Source: Candidatus Omnitrophota bacterium
GTDB lineage: Bacteria > Omnitrophota > Gorgyraeia > JAZDFF01
Reading direction: 5' to 3'
Assembly (NCBI GenBank): GCA_043808095.1
Contig: JAZDFF010000001.1
Span: forward strand, 94,230-158,229
DNA length: 64,000 bases
Positions 58,101-64,000 of this stretch are shown here, piece after piece. The position numbers were made by a program, and so were the translations under genes. Under the pieces are notes generated by a model, which saw nothing but the letters and a program-made list of their open reading frames with translations, ran no database searches and was not told the origin of the DNA. The stretch's first letter is position 1. The number at the start of each line of letters is the position of its first letter.

Positions 58101-58893
58101 GGTCATCAAGCAACAATTTGTAGAAAATATGTCGACCGGAGAAAAGATTAACAGGGTGCGAGAGTTCTTGCAGACCTTGGTTTTAAAGATTATTTACGAC
58201 AAGGATTATTTCAATAATCTTGCCTTTGTTGGAGGCACGGCCTTAAGGTTTTTATACAGCCTAAGGCGTTTCTCCGAAGACCTTGATTTTTCTCTGGTAA
58301 ATAAGGAAGGTTATAATTTCAGGAAAATTAATGCGGAGGTTATTGAAGGATTTGGTTCTTTTGGCTTTGAAATAGAAAGCAGACCCAAAGATGAAAAGAA
58401 TGTTCACAGCGCAATGCTGAGATTTAAGGGATTGTTAAAGGCGCTTGGGCTTTCTGATATGGATGAGCAGAAACTTTCTGTTAAACTTGAGATAGATACC
58501 AATCCGCCAAAGGGTTGGAATGTTCAAACTAGCGTTGTTAATAAGACCTATCTTTTGAATATCGTCCATTTTGATTTATCTTCTTCGTTTGCCACAAAAT
58601 TACATGCCTGTTTTTACCGCAAATTTGTGAAGGGCCGCGATTTTTATGACCTCATCTGGTATCTTGGCAAGAAAATCGTCCCCAATTTTGTATTATTAAA
58701 CAATGCGATCGCGCAAACCCAGGGGAAAAATCCCGGTATAGATGTAGATAATTTTAAGGAGTTTATTTTAGAAAACCTGAAGAAGATCGATTTTGATAAG
58801 GCAAAAGCAGATGTTGAAAGGTTCTTAGAGGATAAAAACGAACTTAAGCTTTTTGATTTTGCGGTAATTAGGGGCGCAATTGAATTACTCTAG
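58093..58893 (+). CDS. abiEii: AbiEii/AbiGii-family nucleotidyltransferase toxin
   Basis: GGTALRFLYSLRRFSEDLDFS NTase motif (GG...DxD); 266 aa. Confidence 0.75.
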   Translation: MIEVIKQQFVENMSTGEKINRVREFLQTLVLKIIYDKDYFNNLAFVGGTALRFLYSLRRFSEDLDFSLVNKEGYNFRKINAEVIEGFGSFGFEIESRPKDEKNVHSAMLRFKGLLKALGLSDMDEQKLSVKLEIDTNPPKGWNVQTSVVNKTYLLNIVHFDLSSSFATKLHACFYRKFVKGRDFYDLIWYLGKKIVPNFVLLNNAIAQTQGKNPGIDVDNFKEFILENLKKIDFDKAKADVERFLEDKNELKLFDFAVIRGAIELL

Positions 58894-58959
58894 CCCGGCC
58901 CTTTTGACAATATATGACAACTTTATGGCAATGTTTGACTATCCGTTAAATGCGCCAAC

Positions 58960-59140
58960 TCGAAAACTCGTCAACTCGTTGAACTCGAAATTCGTCATTC
59001 CATTAGTCATTCGAAATTAGGAATTTTCGATTCTAGATTAGCGCAGATATTTATCTGTGCTCATCTTGTAGCATTTTCCGCCATAATGCTTTGGCGGACC
59101 CGCCAATCTTTGTGGCGGGCATCTGTGCTAATCTGCGACT
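58960..59140. repeat. Palindromic repeat cluster (families F, B, A)
   Basis: GGCGGACCCGCCAATCTTTGTGGCGGG identical to 22813-22839; CGTCATTCC...CATTAGTCATTCG family F. Confidence 0.8.
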
Positions 59141-59449
59141 CTAGGCTTTGCGTAGATTAGACGGCAAGATTGCCAACGCTTTCCTGTATTTGGTGATGGT
59201 ACGGCGGGCAAGTTTTATACCTTGTTTAGCAAAATAATCTACAATTTCAATATCGCTAAGCGGCTTTGATTTATCTTCTTCTGCGATAAGCATGCGGATG
59301 CACTTTTTTATCTCATTGCCGGATCCAAATAATAAACTTTTTAGAAAAGGCCGCTTATAAAATAATTGCCAGGACATTAAACGGAATATTCTTCGTTGAA
59401 AACTCGCCTGCTTTTGGTGAACATTATCAAGAAAGCGCTTCCTTGACAA
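59141..59449 (-). pseudogene. rpoN: Sigma-54 (RpoN) C-terminal fragment
   Basis: 102 aa ending ...KPLSDIEIVDYFAKQGIKLARRTITKYRKAL (RpoN box ARRTVAKYRE-like); no N-terminal activator-interacting or core-binding domains. Confidence 0.6.
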
Positions 59450-59471
59450 TTAGAATAAAATATGGTATACT
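59443..59471 (+). promoter_or_regulatory. Near-consensus sigma-70 promoter candidate facing the polysaccharide export locus
   Basis: TTGACA, 17-bp spacer, TGGTATACT (extended -10). Confidence 0.5.
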
Positions 59472-59668
59472 CAACAACACTTGTAAAAAGCTTTTTAAAA
59501 GTGTATTCACTATAAATAATTTTATTAGTTATTATAATCTTAGTTTTGTTTCATTTTTATAAGATAAAAAATTTTTTTTATCTTGATAAAACTATTTAGT
59601 TGTGATAGATTAATATCAAACCAAGTCTTGGGATAAATTTAAAAAATTGAAGATTATGGAGGGCGGAT

Positions 59669-60847
59669 ATGGTTAAAAAAATATTGTCAGCGGCCGTTTT
59701 TATTTTTTCATTTTCAATTTTTACAAATCTTGCCTATAGTCAAGAGAGCTGGATACATCCCTTCTTAAAGATCCACGAAGAATATAATGACAATATCTAC
59801 TTGACCGATAGCGACAAAGAGGGGGATTGGATAACCACTGTCAGTCCTGGTTTTGAAATAAAGCCGCACCTGAATAGTGAACATGAGCTTACTTTAGGCT
59901 ATCTCGCTGATTTTGAGTATTTTGCCGATCATGCTGGAGAGAATAGCGAAAATCATAAAACAGATGCGGATCTTAAGCTTACCTTTAATGATTGGCATAT
60001 CAATTTCAACAATATGTTTCATTATTATGTGGATCAGCTCCGCATAGAAGACACAAACAGAATTCCCAGGACTCAGGATCATGCCAGCACAAAAGTCACC
60101 CGTACGTCGACCAACATGGATTTGTCCTTGGGATATACCTACAGGCTTGAAAGATATCGTACCGATGAGGCTATTGGCAGTTATTTCGGGCAGGCCTTGA
60201 ATTATCGCGACCTTGAAAGGGATGAGCACGAAGGAGAACTGGAAGCAGCCCTTAAATTCTGGCCAAAGACATCGCTTCTTTTATCGGGTGTTCTCGGCAC
60301 GCTGGAACATCGCACAGGCAAAAAGCCTGATTCAGATTTTTTTGAAATTTTAACGGGATTGCGCGGAGAACCCACAAAAAAATGCACCGTAGAAGCAAAG
60401 ATTGGTTATCGCGGTTCTGACTATGATGATCCTGCAGATGACTTTGAGGGTTTAGTTTTTCGGGGTAATTTAACCGAAAATTTTACCGAAAGAGATAGCC
60501 TGAGACTTGATTTTGTAAGGACAGTTGAAGATACAAACTATCAAAACAACGCTTTTTATGAGAATTCTTTTATAAATGCCCGGTATAGGCATGGGTTTAC
60601 TGACAGAATTGCCGGATATATAGATGCTTCTTATCAAGTCAATTATTATCCTACCGAAACAACCGAAGGTAGCGAAACCCTAAACCGAGATGATAATTTT
60701 TGGTCAGCAGGGGCTAGTCTATCTTACGACCTGACAAAATGGATTGCCTGTGAAATCAAATATTTATTCAGGACAAGAGATTCCAATATCTCAGGCTACG
60801 ATTATAACAACAACCGCATAAGCATTGGTCTAATTGGTAGTTTCTAA
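59669..60847 (+). CDS. Outer-membrane beta-barrel protein
   Basis: Signal peptide, alternating amphipathic strands, C-terminal aromatic ...IGLIGSF. Confidence 0.6.
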   Translation: MVKKILSAAVFIFSFSIFTNLAYSQESWIHPFLKIHEEYNDNIYLTDSDKEGDWITTVSPGFEIKPHLNSEHELTLGYLADFEYFADHAGENSENHKTDADLKLTFNDWHINFNNMFHYYVDQLRIEDTNRIPRTQDHASTKVTRTSTNMDLSLGYTYRLERYRTDEAIGSYFGQALNYRDLERDEHEGELEAALKFWPKTSLLLSGVLGTLEHRTGKKPDSDFFEILTGLRGEPTKKCTVEAKIGYRGSDYDDPADDFEGLVFRGNLTENFTERDSLRLDFVRTVEDTNYQNNAFYENSFINARYRHGFTDRIAGYIDASYQVNYYPTETTEGSETLNRDDNFWSAGASLSYDLTKWIACEIKYLFRTRDSNISGYDYNNNRISIGLIGSF

Positions 60848-60950
60848 TTATATTTATAGTTAAATCAGGTGTTAAGAAACATAGAGAGGCCACTAGGGGT
60901 CGGACTTTTGGTGGCTTTTTTGTCGATTGTAAAGAGGAGAAGCTTTAACG

Positions 60951-61532
60951 ATGTTTAGAGGAATTTTTAATATAGTTTTTCTGCTTCTAATTGCCTTCGT
61001 AATAGTTATGCCGCTAAAAGCAGTGGAACCGAACTATCTCCTTCAGCCCGAAGATGTTTTACATATTACGGTTTATGAACAGCCTGATCTTGAAACGAAA
61101 GTACGCGTTGCCTCCGAAGGCGAAATAACTTTTCCTTTGCTGGGAAAGATTAAAGCCGCGGGCCTAACTGTTAGCGATTTGAAAGATAAGATACAAGAGC
61201 TTCTTGAAAAAGATTATCTGGTTAATCCTCAGGTGCAGGTTTTTATCGAAGAATACCATGTTAAACAGGTTTCTGTGCTGGGAGAAGTCAAACAACCGGG
61301 CAAATACGATATGTATAAAGAAAAAGAAACAACTGTTCTTGAGGCAATTGCTATGGCAGGAGGCTTTAGTCCAGCGGCTGCAATAAATAGCACATGTATA
61401 ATTCGTAATGAAGGAACTGAAGAAGTAAGAATTCCTATCAGGATCACCGATATTACAAAAAAAGGAAGGAAAGAAAAAGATATTCCTCTCAAGCCCGGCG
61501 ATATTATCTTTGTCCCGGAAAGCTTCTTTTAA
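60951..61532 (+). CDS. wza: Polysaccharide export protein (Wza/GumB-like)
   Basis: Signal anchor plus polysaccharide-export/SLBB-like domain (LQPEDVLHITVYEQPDL, PGDIIFVPESFF). Confidence 0.7.
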   Translation: MFRGIFNIVFLLLIAFVIVMPLKAVEPNYLLQPEDVLHITVYEQPDLETKVRVASEGEITFPLLGKIKAAGLTVSDLKDKIQELLEKDYLVNPQVQVFIEEYHVKQVSVLGEVKQPGKYDMYKEKETTVLEAIAMAGGFSPAAAINSTCIIRNEGTEEVRIPIRITDITKKGRKEKDIPLKPGDIIFVPESFF

Positions 61533-61550
61533 CATAAACGGAGATTTTTA

Positions 61551-63206
61551 ATGCAACAGCCCGAACAAGAAATTCATCTTAGTGATTACTTTAGAGTAAT
61601 CAAAAACAGGAAAAAAATTGTATTAATTTTTTTCTTTACTGTCGTCTTTATTGTAACTTTGGGTAGTTTCCTGATGCAGCCGGTTTACCGCGCCACGGTC
61701 ACCTTATTTGTTGATATAGAAAGCCCTAAACTACTTACGACCAGCGGCTCGATGTCTTTAGACAGCATGAATTACCTTGCTTATAAAGAGTACCTTGAAA
61801 GCCAGAAAGAGATTATCAAAAGCCGCAGCATCATCAATCAGGTATTTAAAGAGTTTAAGTTAGGGGAAAGCCGGGAGTACCTTGCCTCCAAAGACCCGAT
61901 AAAAAAGTTCCTTGGAGATGTAAAAGTTGAAACGGTGCGTGATACACGCCTGATGAACTTATATGTAGATAACAAAGACCCCGAGATGGCCGCTGATATT
62001 GCTAACCGGATTGCTGAAATATTTGTCGCCCACAATCTTACCTACATTACTAAAGGTGAAATAATTAATCTGCATAAAAACGAGTATCTAAAACTAAAGA
62101 CGCAACTTTCCGAGTATAGCAATGTTTATAAAGATAAGCACCCCAAGATGATTCGCCTTAAGGAAGAAATCGCGCAGTTGGTGGTGAATTTGATTCAAGA
62201 AGAAGAGGGGGCAGTAGTGGGCTCAATGTCTTCTCCCGGAGTTTACGTGGAAGTTCCAGGTTCGATTCTTGCGGGTTTGAAGGCAAATAATATTACGATC
62301 CAGGATAAGGCCGAAGTTCCGATGTGGCCGATAAAGCCGAAGAAGCGCCTGAATATTCTTCTGGCGATGATAGTCGGCCTTTCTGGCGGGATAGGGTTGG
62401 TGTTTTTCATTGAATATTTGGATGATACTGTAAAAAATATTGAAGATATAAGGCGGTTGGTTGAATGGCCTTTTTTAGGAAGCGTACCGGACATTGATAG
62501 CGGAACTAAAGAGTTCGATAAAGACCTCCTGACGCACATTAGGCCCAAGGATCCTATAGCAGAATCATACAGGGCTATTCGTACAAGCGTGCTTTTTTCA
62601 TCTACCGAAGAACATCCCTTAAAAAGCATTATTGTTACCAGCCCTGGTCCACAGGAAGGCAAGACTACCACTCTTTGCAATTTAGGTATTACTATGGCCC
62701 AGAATCAGAAACAGGTACTTCTGGTGGATGCAGATATGCGCAAACCCCGCTTACACGATGTATTTAAGACGAATAACGAGATTGGCTTAAGTAATTTTCT
62801 TTCCGGGCAGGCCGTATTTACAGATCTGGCGCAAAAGACCGAAATAGATAATCTATTTTTAGTGCCAGGCGGCCCGTATCCTCCTAATCCATCGGAGCTT
62901 TTAACCAGTAATAAAATGAAGGAATTCATTGAGAAGGCTAAGACAAAGTTTGACATTATTTTATTCGACACCTCACCTATTGCCGTAGTTACTGATGCAG
63001 TTATCCTTTCTCAGGCAGTTGATGGGAGCATTGTAGTGCTGCAAGGCGGCAAGACAAGCAAAAGGGTGCTGCCCAGAATCAGCCAGTTATTAAAGGAGGC
63101 CCGAGCCAGGATAGTCGGCGTTTTGCTTAATAGGGTCTCTTCTGCCCGCAGCGACGACTATAGTTATCACTATTATTACGGAAAGACAAAAAAACAAAAG
63201 ACATAA
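61551..63206 (+). CDS. wzc: Polysaccharide co-polymerase / BY-kinase (Wzc-like)
   Basis: Wzz-type N-terminal domain with 2 TM helices, Walker A SPGPQEGKTTT, C-terminal Tyr cluster YSYHYYYG. Confidence 0.8.
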   Translation: MQQPEQEIHLSDYFRVIKNRKKIVLIFFFTVVFIVTLGSFLMQPVYRATVTLFVDIESPKLLTTSGSMSLDSMNYLAYKEYLESQKEIIKSRSIINQVFKEFKLGESREYLASKDPIKKFLGDVKVETVRDTRLMNLYVDNKDPEMAADIANRIAEIFVAHNLTYITKGEIINLHKNEYLKLKTQLSEYSNVYKDKHPKMIRLKEEIAQLVVNLIQEEEGAVVGSMSSPGVYVEVPGSILAGLKANNITIQDKAEVPMWPIKPKKRLNILLAMIVGLSGGIGLVFFIEYLDDTVKNIEDIRRLVEWPFLGSVPDIDSGTKEFDKDLLTHIRPKDPIAESYRAIRTSVLFSSTEEHPLKSIIVTSPGPQEGKTTTLCNLGITMAQNQKQVLLVDADMRKPRLHDVFKTNNEIGLSNFLSGQAVFTDLAQKTEIDNLFLVPGGPYPPNPSELLTSNKMKEFIEKAKTKFDIILFDTSPIAVVTDAVILSQAVDGSIVVLQGGKTSKRVLPRISQLLKEARARIVGVLLNRVSSARSDDYSYHYYYGKTKKQKT

Positions 63207-63290
63207 GCTAACCGATTGTTTGCAGGCCTTTTAAAAGACCTGCATTTAATTTTCTATAGCATATTGTAATAAACGTTATTAGATTGTAAA

Positions 63291-63680
63291 TGAGGCCCGA
63301 ACTTACGGATCCCAGCGAAATGTTGGTAGAACGTAAGTTTGCTGGCCGAATTTACCCCCACACCAATTATCTATACAACTGAAAGGAAAGGATAAAGGCA
63401 ATGTTTTATGTTTATTTATTAAAAAGTAATAAAGATAGCAATCTTTACATAGGTCTCACACATAACTTAAAACGAAGGGTTCAACAGCATAATAATGGCT
63501 TAGTTGTTTCTACAAAATTAAGAAGACCATTTGAAGTAGTATATTGCGAAGGGTATAAATCAGAGAAAGACGCAAGACTCAGAGAAAAGAACCTTAAATT
63601 AAGATCTCGTGCATTTGCTCAATTAAAGAAACGGATTACAGCAAGTTTATCATAATAATTGGTGTGGGGGTTTAATTCGC
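63291..63680. mobile_element. Palindromic element carrying a GIY-YIG nuclease gene between perfect 17-bp inverted repeats
   Basis: IR-L ACCCCCACACCAATTAT (63354-63370) and IR-R ATAATTGGTGTGGGGGT (63655-63671); left arm TGAGGCC..ACTTACGGA..ACGTAAGT..GGCCGAA and right tail TTAATTCG shared with the cargo-free copy at 16521-16690. Confidence 0.7.
63401..63655 (+). CDS. Small GIY-YIG nuclease (YhbQ/UPF0213-like)
   Basis: MFYVYLLKSNKDSNLYIGLTHNLKRRVQQHNNG with GIY-YIG-type N-terminal motif; 84 aa. Confidence 0.8.
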   Translation: MFYVYLLKSNKDSNLYIGLTHNLKRRVQQHNNGLVVSTKLRRPFEVVYCEGYKSEKDARLREKNLKLRSRAFAQLKKRITASLS

Positions 63681-63752
63681 AGACGGTCTTACGACCTATG
63701 ATTTATGTCGTCATCCTGACTCCATAAATCATCTGCTAATTAAAGGAGAAAA

Positions 63753-63941
63753 ATGGCAGAAAAAAAGTTACTTTTAACCAAAGAAGCTGCGAGTCTCTTA
63801 AGAATAAGCGAGGAGTACCTGCGCTGCCTTATAAGACAGAAAAAGATTTCCGCTTATAAAGAAGGGCGGCGGGGAGGATATAGGATACCCTTGCAGGAGA
63901 TAGATAATTATATCTCCCGGGGCATAAAGAATAATCCTTGA
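63753..63941 (+). CDS. Excisionase-family HTH DNA-binding protein
   Basis: LLLTKEAASLLRISEEYLRCLIRQKKISAYKEGRRGGYRIPLQEIDNYI fits the HTH_17/Xis pattern. Confidence 0.65.
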   Translation: MAEKKLLLTKEAASLLRISEEYLRCLIRQKKISAYKEGRRGGYRIPLQEIDNYISRGIKNNP

Positions 63942-64000
63942 TTTAGATGCGATTATGTGTTATAATTGTATCAGATATTGAAGCGATTAGTAAGGTTAAT

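Overview
This 64 kb window is an AT-rich chromosomal segment of a Gram-negative-type bacterium, almost entirely on the + strand. Taxonomy cannot be fixed from sequence alone; the content (Wood-Ljungdahl corrinoid protein genes, methanogen-type ThyA-like gene, no ftsZ after ftsA) would fit an uncultivated anaerobe, possibly PVC/Omnitrophota-like, but that is a guess. Gene content in order: a division/cell-wall cluster (murD 5'-truncated, ftsW, murG, an inserted HExxH peptidase, murC, murB, ddl, ftsQ, ftsA), hisA-hisF-hisI, trpE, rpsP, yajC, secDF, a truncated mfd, surA-like, pdxA, rsmA, gatCAB, ctpA, tsaD, a corrinoid iron-sulfur protein module (larB, fmdE-like, acsC, RACo-like activator, cooC, acsD, acsE), HD-GYP, tilS, ftsH, folP, cdaA, pdxJ, acpS, nnrD, four tRNAs, an M28 peptidase, a GH1 glycosidase, a ThyA-like gene, a cNMP-binding patatin lipase, an AbiEi/AbiEii pair and a polysaccharide export locus. 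The most unusual features are: (1) nearly every intergenic spacer is filled with mosaic palindromic repeat modules of several recurring families; (2) one such element carries a GIY-YIG nuclease gene between perfect 17-bp inverted repeats, with a cargo-free copy at a second locus whose inverted repeats have co-varied; (3) a tRNA-Tyr(GUA) gene is split by a ~279-nt group I intron; (4) several gene remnants lie next to repeats (sigma-54 C-terminal fragment, 34-codon cdaR-like stub, tRNA 5' half, Mfd lacking its N- and C-terminal modules); (5) the CFeSP/methyltransferase module has no CODH/ACS genes within the window and is preceded by larB and an FmdE-like gene; (6) a bactofilin is fused to an excisionase-type HTH. 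No CRISPR array, integrase, transposase or reverse transcriptase was recognised. All calls are from reading the sequence and the supplied ORF translations; no searches were run.
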